Below are positions 9,795 through 21,034 of a stretch of 64,000 nucleotides of DNA, piece by piece. The stretch's first letter is position 1; the number at the start of each line of letters is the position of its first letter. Location of the stretch: positions 62,001 to 126,000 of the forward strand of contig NW_026929448.1 in NCBI RefSeq assembly GCF_032062105.1, read 5' to 3'. This DNA is from Saccostrea cucullata (taxonomy: Eukaryota). The notes beneath the pieces are model-generated. The model was given only the letters and a program-made list of their open reading frames with translations, had not been told where the DNA came from and did no database searches. Both the position numbers and the translations under genes were made by a program.

Positions 9795-12700
9795 TCCTCC
9801 GGCTTCCACAAAGTTCTTCATGTTGATTGGCCCAAAGTTGGAGACTCCGTAATACTTGATACGACCCAGAGAGATCTGTCTGTTGAGTTCCTTAACGGAG
9901 TCTTCCATGTTCTCCAAGAAACTGGCAAAGTGGACCTGTATATAGACAACAACAAGAAACTGGCAAAGTGGACCTGTATATAGACAACAACAATAAACTG
10001 GCAAAGTGGACCTGTATATAGACAACAGCAATAAACTGGCAAAGTGGACCTGTATATAAACAACAAAAATAAACTTACAAAGTGGACCTGTATATAGACA
10101 ACAACAATAAACTGGCAAAGTGGACCTGTATATAGACAACAGCAATAAACTGGCAAAGTGGACCTGTACATAGGCAACACAAATTCTACCTGTAATTTTG
10201 AAAGTATTTCATAGAAAATCTAAAATGAAATAAATCACAAATAATGGGGCCCAAATAATGAAGTTACAATGCCATTGTTAAAATTTAATTTATCTGAGAG
10301 GGCAGAAGGTGGCTGAATCTTAAAACAATATGATAGGAAAACTTCTTAATGGTCTAGCTTCCCTGAAATTCTAATCATTAAAATGTAATTAAGAAGAATA
10401 AGACAAGAAGATAAAGAGACAATATAAATACATGTAATATAAACATGTACAATTCTACGACATTCTTCCATTGAGGTGATTTTAGCAAGAGTTATTCCTC
10501 ATGGCCAACATATTGTAGGTCAACATTCCCAGATCCCTTCATTATTCAACCAATTACAATTTGTTACACTGGTTACTGAGGTAAAGATTACACTATTTTT
10601 CTTATGAACATGATGAATATACATGTACATTTGTTTAAGCCTCTTTTAATCAATAATTTTAAAATGGTAAATATTTTCCCCATATATATTTCTCACATAC
10701 ATGTTTAAAATTTGTTTCTCAAAGAGGAAAATTCACTGCTTTGCCCTTCAAGATGGCGGCTAAGGGGAATAACTCAGTGGCAAAATACGTCATAGGAAAA
10801 CGGTTTCTATAAATAATGTATACCAGTAAAAGGTCAACATAAGATGTCTTTCGTTTATTTAGACTCTGTGTAACAATTTTTTTTTTACCTGTAAGATTCT
10901 GTAGTTTATTTAGACTCTGTGTGAAAACTTTTGTTTTTACCTGTAGAATGTCAACATAAGATGTCTTTAGTTTATTTAGACGCCAGGTGACAATTTTTGC
11001 TGTTACCTGTAGAAGTCTTTAGTTTTTTTAAACTCTGTGTGACAATTTTTGTTTTTACCTGTAGAATGTCAACATAAGAAGTCTTTAGTTTGTTTAGACT
11101 CCTTGTGACGGCCTCATCGATCTGCTGGGGGGAGTAGGGTGGGGTATTGGGTCCCTCCCGGAATCCAAACTTAGTCGCGATGACGGCATCCTGTCGACGT
11201 CCGTCAAGACACGCCCCTAGAACCTCTTCTGATCCGGCATAACCCTAAAAATACATCAAAATTATAAAATACATCAAAGTTATAGTTTTTATCCAGCATA
11301 ACCCTTAGATATATCAAAACTATATATAAAGTACATCAAATCTATAGTTTTATCCAGCGTAACTCTAAAATACATGGAAATTATTTATAAAGTACATTAA
11401 AATTATTAGAAACCCTATTACACATGCTACTAAATTAAAATACATCAAAATTGCAACCCTATAAAAAAAGTTTTCAAATTCATATTATTTTAACATGTGT
11501 TTAACAATGTGTTTCTGAAATATTAGATTTCTATTAGGGAAATTTATCATCACAGTATCTCAATGTCTGTATATAGGAAGATGACAATATATTTTATTAT
11601 ATTATAATAGCAAATAAATACTGTAAACCAACTTTTGTTTGCGTGCGATAAATTTTCGCAAAGTTCGCAAGAGCTTCATCATCACAAATATTTCTCGCCG
11701 CGAACCGGTCCTTAAAAAGTATCTGTTTATAAACTATAGATCCAAAAAGGCTTGAATCCGAAAATTAATCATTGTGAAATAGTTTATCTCCAGTAAATCG
11801 CGAAATAAAGTCGTCGCGAATAAAAGTTGGTTTACAGTAGTCTCTAATAAAATACAACCGAGAATCTAGAGAATTTTAGCGTTTAATATTTTGACGTTTC
11901 ATTGATCGCTGACTTTGTATTACATATACCAGTCTGCCCAAAACATTCCGAATATGAGCGTTCAATATCGAACGCCCCATTGTAAAAAAAAAGTTGTCTG
12001 GTCAAATTCTCATGAAGTGAAATTCTCATGAAATGAAGTGGCATTTAAGTAAGTTATGTTTATTTTTCACACAAAATGAAATTATCTATTGAAAATTTAG
12101 TAAGTATTAAACTCATTAAAACCTAAATAAGCAAATCATATCGCTCAGTAAGGTCATCAGAATGATGCGATATTGAACGCTTACAGGACAGACGTTAATT
12201 TGAATGCCGATATTATAAAAAATCATTAATTTGCCTTTTTTTAAAATGGAATAATTATTATAAATTATGTGGAAATGTCTTAGCTACATGTATATAATAA
12301 AGGAGTTATGATTGAACTTATAAAGCATATTTATTTAATATTATTTGATTAAATTATACAAGAAATACATGTAGTACCCAATGTAAGGGGTCAAAAAAGG
12401 TGGCATTAATCGAAGGTTTTTACAACGCTTGGACCTGTAGCTCTCTGCTTTATCTGTCCAAATTATCTGAAGCAAAGAGCTACAGTTCTGCAGTTATTAA
12501 CCATTGTGTTAAATACAATGATGTCAGACGAACATACACAATGGACAATTATTATTACCTTAATTATGAAATAAAGTATAACATTGTTGTAGAAAACATG
12601 CTTATAATAAAATGACGCTTATATTGCAGAGCCATTTCATTCTCCTTGTTTTTATACAAGGCTGCTGCAGATCTCTTCTTAAAACTTGAAAAAATCTACA

Positions 12701-14801
12701 TCTGCTGAATTTAATTAATTAGTTAATTATTTTAATTACATTATTGAACCTCTTACCTCTGCCGTGTCAAAGAAGTTTACACCAATCTCAAAACACTTAT
12801 CCACTATAGCCCTAGACTCCTTAAACAAAAGAACATACATTTATTATACATAAACATGTACATATGTAAGTAATACAATAATCTATCGAAAAAAACAAAT
12901 ATTTTTAGGAGGGGGGGGGGATGTCAATTTTATGATACCAAAATTTTTAAGGGGTGTGGATTAAGTCAATTTTATGATACCAACAATACAATATTATCAT
13001 AATGTCTAAAATTATGCAATTTTTAAATATAGATACTATCATACAGTGTACTTGTAATTTTGTTCAACTGATCATAATAAATTGTCTTATCATCTTTGTT
13101 CCTTTAGGACTTTAGTTTTTATATGAAGTATGATTATTTTTTCTCCTTGAATTTTTTTGGGGGAAAATAAGATACAACTGTACAAGGAACTAGTATTTAA
13201 ATTAATTCCTATAACTTATCTTTCAAAGTTTTTTTTTTCATGTTCTTCTTTCATGTAACCATAGACTTTATCATACTTTAAACATGTTAAAACACTTTTC
13301 TCAAACATTTTTCTGAAAAACCAATAATTTAGAATATTTTTAAGCATAACAAAATTGAGATTTTAATCATTCCAAGAATAAAAAAAATCTTAACTTCGGG
13401 AGAAAAATGATTGATCAAGATCATTCAGATTTGTCATGATAATGTCTTCCTCTGTGTAGCCTGATACTATTTTAAGGAAGGACTGTGTCCACTGTGTGTT
13501 CCTTTATCTTAACTCTGACCTCATTAGATATGCCATATGTGTACATTATCTGAGGGCACACTTCAGGAATCATCATCATTAAATATTTACACAAGATTTT
13601 ATTTCAGAGATATTATAAACAAGGCAAGAGGATTTATCTAACTTTCAGGTGAAGCTTTGGATGTGTTGAAATTCAGATTAAACCTAGGAACACAAGCTTA
13701 AGGAAAATTAGACTGATTTTATAGTATTCTGTCAGTTTAACTACATGAGATACAGGTACATGTACCGCCGGTACACACATTCAGGATTTGCTTAGAGCAT
13801 TGATCTTTTAGCACAGTTTCAACATGTTTATTATAATATATCCATCGAGGTTGATCTTGTTAATGAAATAAATGTACAACTTTCCTTATTTCTTCTAGCT
13901 TAAATAAATTATAATTATAATATTATAGACCATTTCAAAGAGGATGAGAGTTGAATGATGAATGGAAACTCAAAAGGTTTGCGCTTATAAATGACTTTAG
14001 TTATTATTAAAGTGAATGTATTTATAATGTGTATTTTGTATACAATTCTGAAGGAGAAGTGACTTTAATATATTCATTGTTACTTACTCTTTCAAGCAGT
14101 ACTCAATCTATTACAACAATGAACATTCATCTGTTGGTTTCCATCAGGTGAAAAACTAATAATTTTCAAGTAACTGTGTCACATTCAATTCAATCTTCAT
14201 ATGTGGGGCGTCTATTTAAACCAGGTCAAGCGCTTTATCACTGTCCTCATAAATCATGCTAATATCACATTCTTTTCTGGGTCATATTATAGAGGGCAAA
14301 TCTGCATTTAAATACACGTACATTTAAATCTGTATGCACAGAGAAGATTTAATATTAATTTAGGTTTTAAGTTATGATAACTAAATAGCTTCGCCATGCT
14401 AGAGTGGAGACTCACGGTGTAATATAATCAGCTGATAGTATTATGGATCTATTCCCTTATCAGTCAAGAGATGAACACATTTACACATCTTTAAGGATTT
14501 TTATGTTAAAAGATACACAGCTGAAGATTACACCAAAACAGATTTCATCAGCAATGTTATGTAATTTAAACCCCGTAGGGCGCCTCAGCTACAGGTAAGA
14601 CTCGTACTCGGCGATCATTTAATTGCTTAGACTAGCATTTTAACGCATAATGAAACAGACCTGGGCGATGACTTGACCTACCTCGGCTGTCTGGGCGTCC
14701 CAGTTGACAGTATTTTTACCCCCGTTAAACTGCCAACATCCCAGACATATTCTGGACACGTTCAAGTCCGTCCCTGGCAAAGTGATTCTTTTTGCAGCCA
14801 T
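9777..14801 (-). CDS. Aldo-keto reductase, exons 14801-14682, 12819-12757, 11244-11059, 9935-9777 (partial; remaining exons presumably left of the window)
   Basis: Spliced product MAAKRITLPGTDLNVSRICLGCWQF…|ESRAIVDKCFEIGVNFFDTAE|GYAGSEEVLG…IATKFG…SLNKLKTSYVDILQ|VHFA…GRIKYYGVSNF…PITNQ; catalytic D-Y-K-H tetrad; all introns GT-AG, phase 0. Confidence 0.92.
9919..10180 (-). repeat. 38-bp tandem array (7 copies) each containing the AKR exon-4 acceptor plus the first ~17 nt of the exon
   Basis: Unit ATTGTTGTTGTCTATATACAG|GTCCACTTTGCCAGTTT; acceptors at 9936, 9974, 10012, 10050, 10088, 10126, 10164. Confidence 0.93.
10826..11100 (-). repeat. Degenerate tandem copies of the AKR exon-3 3' end plus donor
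   Basis: …ACAG|GTAA junction recurs at 11059, 11007, 10941, 10889 with exon-derived GAGTCTAAAYAAACTAAAGAC. Confidence 0.8.
11232..11400 (-). repeat. Degenerate ~60-bp copies of the AKR exon-3 acceptor plus exon start
   Basis: Plus strand tccggcataaccctaaaaatacatc / tccagcataacccttagatatatc / tccagcgtaactctaaaatacatg. Confidence 0.7.
11606..12290. mobile_element. Interspersed non-autonomous repeat (second copy 38422-38878, TAGCTA termini)
   Basis: Colinear similarity with 38422-38878. Confidence 0.7.
11621..11837. mobile_element. MITE with CTGTAAACCAACTTTT TIRs and TA TSD (Tc1/mariner-type)
   Basis: TIRs at both ends; empty site AATAAATAGTCTCTAATAAAA in the paralogous repeat at ~38427. Confidence 0.85.
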
Positions 14802-14843
14802 GTCGATTAGAAAACGAAAGTAAAACCGGAAGCTATATTAATC

Positions 14844-14858
14844 GCGCCATCTAGCGGC
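14844..14858 (-). promoter_or_regulatory. CTCF-like motif near AKR start
   Basis: GCCGCTAGATGGCGC on minus strand, ~45 bp upstream of the ATG in a locally GC-rich patch. Confidence 0.4.
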
Positions 14859-16283
14859 GATCTCTATCCAGAGTTGTCGTTCCCGCTTCGCTCCCATTTC
14901 AGGTGTCTGTGCATATACCCAGATTTTTTTTTTATCGAAAAAATTGTTTAATTATTAAATCAACTTTAAAAATTTTATTTTTTTTTCTCCGGAAAATATT
15001 TTCGGCTTAGAAACTAAATATGAATGGTTTTGAGGGATGAGAGAATTGAAATAAATGATATTTTATCACCTTAATCGAAAATTACAAGTTGACACTTTTA
15101 TAATTTTTGGTATAAATGTTCAATATAGAATTACACATCATAATATTCTAAATTGAGCAAAAAGTCTATTGTAGTACTTGTGGAATTTGCTTTATTATAT
15201 AAAAATAGTTTAGCTAAAATTAGTTTATAATTATTAAATAATTAATATATGACATGTAATATATATATTGTAATATGTATATAATCATCGGGAGGGAATG
15301 TAAATGAAAGTTTGCCCCCTTCAATAATAAACTGATTTATACTGATTTCTACCTTTTCCTAGCCAATAATCTCAGATGAATGATGTGGCCCATCGGATTC
15401 AATAGATTTTGTTTCGTTTTAAATTGAAGCAAAAACCTTTATCAATTAAAGCAATACTGCCCCCCTCCCCCTCAAATTACATATCTTCATATTTGTATAT
15501 TAAACATAATTATCACATGGTGTCTATTTTAAACTTACAATATTTTACACCTCGCCATTGCCGGCTTCATATGGTTTTTACGTAATACCGATATTTTGAA
15601 TATAATTCTCAATATTTCAGAATCAGAAAAAAAAACCCAATTGATAATTGATAAGAGTGTATTTTTATCGAATATCTATCGTTAAAAAAATGGAAGTGGC
15701 GTCATAAGCATGTGCAAGCTGTATAATTATTATGTAGATTTATTTGTTTAGCCGGATGCAATATATATACTACAATGTTATTCCCGTAGAATAACATTCA
15801 CTTAAGATACAATGAAACTTAATTTGCATTTTGCTTGATTAAATTATTCATGCATTGTCTACGTATTGTGACATTTCTTTGTTTTAATGGCTGTTGGCTA
15901 AGTGGGAATATTATAAACAATGTCGATGGTGAAAAAGTGAGAAAAACAATACACATTGTACATATACAATTACGTATATTTAACCAAAAAATTAGTTTTA
16001 GAAAGACTTTTGAAAGCCTATTACTAACAGATCTTCCTTAAATTTCCTTGAATTCATGTATAAAATGGAAAACAAATGCGACATTCCTATTTATTATTTT
16101 TTTTTTTGACGTGCACCTTGTGAATATTTTACGCCTGAAGGTGTATTTAGACGGAACTTAATGGTATTTTAATTTAATTACGAATCAAGTCAAGTCCTTG
16201 ACTATACCAATTGCATCATACTATCATTCTTTTAATCTGAAAGAAATGTACTTAAATTTATTCTTTTTTTTTAAATGAGAAAA

Positions 16284-18069
16284 ATGCTGTTTCCCTTGGG
16301 ATTAAGCATTTTTATCCGTTTGTTACGGTAAGTTATGGAATGCCATATACGACAGCCAACTGCTTACTGCTTACTGCCAACTGTCAGCTGCTTACTGCCA
16401 ACTGTCACACATATTTGAATAAAGTTTATTTTCATATTGATATTTATGTAAATAAAAAAAGACAGGCGCGGATCTATAGGACATTTTTTCCAAGAGGGCC
16501 ACTCTGGTAAAAAAAAAATCCAACCCAGAAATTTCTTGACAAGAAAAAAAATACGTAAAGTCCTTTCCTAAATGTGAAAATTTATTTCGGCCGGGGAGAG
16601 GGGGTTCTTATGCGTCAACCTTCATGTGTATGACATTTTTCAAACCAACTTAATACGAATCCACATTTTCGGTTGAAGGTGGTGGGGGGGGGACTTTCTA
16701 CGGTCCCTTTTAGTTGATTTATTTTATACATTCAATAACTTTTAGTTGGTTTATTTTGTGCATTAAATAACTTTAAAAAATTCAGAGGGGTCTTCCGGAC
16801 CCCTCTCTCAAGATCTATGCATGTAAAACATATTTAATTTGTACTTATATACAAAGAGATATTATAAATGTTTGATCGGCGTTTTCTAAGTGGAGGGCCC
16901 AAGGTCAGTTATACCGGTAGTTCATTTGGTTTATATAACGTATGACTGTAAAAATTTTTATACCCCCCCCCCCCCCAAAGATCTATGCATGTCAAACATT
17001 ATAACACAGAGATAACTAATAGAATATAGTGGAAAAAGAAAATTATTTTTAAAACATCTTTCTCTGCGAATCGACAAATCTTTTTTTTATAATTATTCTC
17101 TCTTCAAAGGTTTTGTTTTCTCCGGGGAGGAGGGGGGGGGTCTTTAAAGATTAAAAGCGGCAAATAGTCATTTTATTACCTATTTACACATTTAAAAAAA
17201 AACAATGAACTTTATCAACCGCATATCTTGAATATTACATAAGATAAAACATATTGGTCATATTCAATTCAATTTTACCAGGGTGACCCCCTTCGGAAAA
17301 AATGTCCTGGATCCGTGCCTTTTTCCCTTATTTAGTAAAAACTCATATAAATATCAATACAAATATAAAATTTATTCAAATATGTGTGGCAGTTGGCAGA
17401 AAGCAGCTGACAGTTGGCAGTAAGCAGTCAGCAGTTGGCAGTAAGCAGTTGGCTGTCGTATATGGCATTCCATAGTAAGTAGATATTTTGGAACATGCAG
17501 TTTTTATTCTGTTACTTTTTCTTATTGGGTACATGTACCTGAAAAATCCTCATCCGAATATTATTGAACATTGGTCTAAAATTAGGTTCTTATGCTATTC
17601 TTCTTTAATTGATTATATTTATAAATGTTTAATTCATCCGTTCATTGAGAACAAAAATTCACGTCATAAATTAAAAAAAAAAAAACATTCCGAAATCAAT
17701 CATACCTTAATTTAATGGAAAGAGCCAACTTAATAATTTATTTTTTATAATTGATACTTTCTATGAATTTATCACATTTATTAATTACAGGTATAAATTT
17801 GGGATATCCACCAAGAAATTGTGTTTTCCCACAATGCCTGCCCCAGAGCACTGTATACTCAGATGCTTGTTTATAGATACGTAAATGGCCGGGAGTGCCC
17901 GGTGTCGTGTCATCTTGTCTGTGATGCCAAACCCCTTCACAACAGTTTAAGGAATTCTATAAAAATACCGACCCACACTGCTTCGTAGAGAAGGATATCT
18001 TTACAATACCTAATGGAAGAAGATGACTTCCACTGAGACTGTCTCCCTGCATGTCAAATACAAAACTGA
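16284..18069 (+). pseudogene. Pseudogene paralogue of the 12-Cys secreted peptide gene (exons ~16284-16327 and 17791-18069)
   Basis: Exon 2 encodes LVYRYVNGRECPVSCHLVCD…NTDPHCFVEKDIFTIPNGRR*…CLPACQIQN* with frameshifts and an in-frame TGA; putative exon 1 is 44 nt (functional copy 43 nt) followed by GTAAGT. Confidence 0.75.
16334..17474. mobile_element. Non-autonomous IS3EU-type DNA transposon (TATGG…CCATA, >100-bp TIRs, 6-bp TSD GTAAGT)
   Basis: TATGGAATGCCATATACGACAGCCAACTGC at both ends; GTAAGT at 16328-16333 and 17475-17480. Confidence 0.8.
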
Positions 18070-18304
18070 CTATTTGTTTCACAAATATTCAAAAATTACT
18101 AACTCTATTCATGTTATATGAGGCAAATTTAGATCATGATGTTGAAATAGAATTAGAGCTTGCAGAAAATTAAATTCATAGTGTGTGTCTGTTAATCAGT
18201 CTCACAGCTTTTAATTTTCATTCTGTTTTGTTTTTGAAAATCTGCTAATTTAAAAAAACAACAACAACAGAAGAATATCTATGTCAGAAGATTTTTTGAG
18301 ACCA

Positions 18305-19100
18305 GGTATTCCAAAAGCCTATATTTTGGACCTCCATTGGGTATCAATTGTGCCCTGATATTGGCAGATCCATTTTTCTATTCATATGAAGCAGAATTTG
18401 TCCAAAATATCCTATCGGAAAGTATAGAAAACACTTGGTGTGGCCTTCAACTCGCGATCGACATTAAGACATATCGACGAATCGATAAGATATACTCCGG
18501 TGATACCAAAGATTCTGACACATCTGTTTCATATTTGGATATTTTGCTTGAAAAAGACAATAAGGTAATGTAACAACCAAGCAATATGATAAACGTGATG
18601 ACTTTAAATTTGCTATCGTCAACTTCATTGATTATGCGGCTATACATAACTTCATCACATGCAAACGGAGATTTTATATCTCAATTGATTCGATACACAA
18701 GAACATGTTCTTTACCTGTGAACAATATCTAAAAGAGGTTTTGACAAAAAAGTTGATGAAACAAGAATATCATCAGTCTCTTTAAAGTCATCCTGAATGA
18801 CGACTTTCACACTAATTGTTAGTCCATTATTTATATACTGTCGAAAATGAAAAATAAAAAAAATGTCGGAAATGATAAGTTGATAATTACAAGAAATTCC
18901 TGAAATGAAATGCAGCCGAATTGAAGACGAATTTCTCCGTTATTTCCTGATCATGACAAGGAGAACACACTGGGTGTGACCGGTCAGTAGGGGATGCTCA
19001 CTCCTCCATGGCACCTGATCCCACCTCTGATGTTTCAGAGGTCCGTCTTTGCTTTGCTTTTATTGTATATTGTTTAATGGACTTTTGATCTCGAATACTG
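18305..19100 (+). mobile_element. Degenerate Penelope-like retroelement 3' fragment (RT C-terminus + 3' region)
   Basis: GINCALILADPFFYSYEAEF, SYLDILL, YDKRDDFKFAIVNF, ISQLIRY motifs with frameshifts; shared 3' motif. Confidence 0.75.
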
Positions 19101-19641
19101 TTCACTGTCTACATCATTATGTTTCATGAAGACATATTTATCTTGCATATACATGTAGGGGGACAGAAATATGCCATCATTCGATCTTTTGTCCAAAGTC
19201 ATAACATCAAAAATGTTGAATTTTAGTTGAACCACTTCACAAAATCTTGTCAATGTAAAGGCTTAATTTCACGACAGAAAAAAAAAAAACAAATTGTTCA
19301 TTGTGAATAAATGACATGAAAACGGATAAAAATATATTTTCAAAAAGTAGAAACGTTTAAAAAATAATGAATACCTTATTATACAACAACGCAGGAAAAC
19401 ATGTTCATAATCTTTTTTTCATTAAAAATCCAGACCAGTTCTGACTCATTTCTAATTTCACAAACAAATAGAAACTTCTTTCTTTTGATGACGTAAGCTT
19501 TCTGCATATTTAATGCATTGCGCGTACGAATGACAGTTGAATTGACAGATTCACAAAATAAAAGACAATAATTGTGTATCGTTGATCTTAAGAGGTTAGT
19601 TTTCTTACAAAGAGAGGAGCATATTTAAAATAATTAAAGAA

Positions 19642-20235
19642 ATGACTATTTCATCGGGATTTATTTTATATTTATCCATTTGCGGTAAGTATATATTTTT
19701 AATATATATGTTAATATTTTTAAGTAATACCATAATACCATAAGTAAATGAGTCTGAATTGACAATTCTGTACAACTAAAACAGAAATGCATAATATTTT
19801 GGTCTATATGTAAATGGTAGTTTTTTGTTTTAAAGAGTTAAATCAATTAATTTGAGACTGATTAAATAAAATTATTTGTACATGTATATATCAATCAGTA
19901 CATTCATGTACCTATCGCTAAAACTATTTATACCTTTCACCACAGGTGTAACCCTAGCTTACAGGTACGACAGAAGAGAGTGTCTCCCTCCGCCCTGCGC
20001 CCGACCCCCAGACAATTGTCGTCAGGAATTTGTTTATGAGTACGTGAATGGTCAGAAATGTCCAGTGTCCTGTAAGCTTGTCTGTGATCAGGAATGTCCC
20101 ACGCCTTCCCAGGAATCCCTGGATTTCTGTAACAACACCGACCCCCTCTGTTTCGCGGAGAAAGACTTCATTACCTTACCCGATGGAAAGCGGTGCTTTA
20201 ATGGATGCGTCCTAGCTTGTCAAGTACAGGGCTGA
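19642..20235 (+). CDS. Small secreted cysteine-rich protein (110 aa; exons 19642-19684, 19946-20235), two 6-Cys repeats
   Basis: MTISSGFILYLSIC-G-VTLA signal peptide across a phase-1 GT-AG intron; mature part YRYDRRECLPPPC…CVLACQVQG* with 12 Cys; AATAAA downstream. Confidence 0.85.
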
Positions 20236-20742
20236 TTATTTTTGCTTTTTTTATGTAACATTTATTACTCAAGCATGAAAATCTAGGCAATAGTTTTTTT
20301 TTTATGTTTTGATGTTTTGAACATATGTTTATCTTTGTATTTTTAAAATTTTCAATTTATAAATAAGTAAGTGTGCAGGAGATTTCAGCTGAAATGTTGG
20401 AATAAATGAGAATTCATAAATTTAAAGACGTTGATTTTTTATATATCTGTAATGCTGTCTTTTTTTAGGTCTTGGTTTTATTGTATGCCTGTATTATCGA
20501 TTTGTTGAGACATTTTTTCAGAATTAATTCTTTTTCGTTTGCTTTTGAATACCACTATTACAAACTTTCCATTCTATATATATTTAATAAATCATTTTTC
20601 TATATATCGTCTTGTTTGTTAAGAGAAGATTGCAGCCGATTCCCAAAGCAACCTTCAATAAGTTCACTTGGATATGTCACAACGTTCTATATCTTTGGTT
20701 TTTTTTAATCTCACATACTTTTAAAAAATATATAAATGTATA

Positions 20743-21034
20743 GATTGATTGATTGATTGATTGACTGTATATTGTTAAACGTCCATCTTGAGAATTTTTC
20801 AGTCATATGGAGACGCCACCAATTACCGGTGGAGAGCTGCAAATTTTGTCTAATACTCGGCACTTAGGGTCATTGAGCAGGGTGGGCTCTTTTACGTGCC
20901 AGCACCTACTGCGACACGAGGCCTCGGTTTATACGGTCTCATCCGAAGGACCGGTCCCCACGTCCCACAGGGGGATTTTAACTCATTACTTCGCGACTCT
21001 AGAGCAGACGCTCTAACCACTGCGCCACTCGGAC
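20743..21034 (-). mobile_element. tRNA-derived SINE with Nin/Deu-like central domain and (ATCA)n tail
   Basis: Minus-strand tRNA-like head GTGGCGCAGTGGTTAGAGCG, core GGTCCTTCGGATGAGACCGTATAAACCGAGG…GGCACGTAAAAGAGCCC, tail (ATCA)n. Confidence 0.8.

Noticed and set aside
9395-10180. Stand-alone ORFs of 120-243 aa, and CRISPR-like appearance of 36-bp repeats
   Set aside because: Only 9777-9935 is a real AKR exon; repeats are head-to-tail without unique spacers, no cas genes, eukaryotic context.
20960-21034. tRNA gene
   Set aside because: Degenerate tRNA-derived SINE head attached to SINE body and tail.
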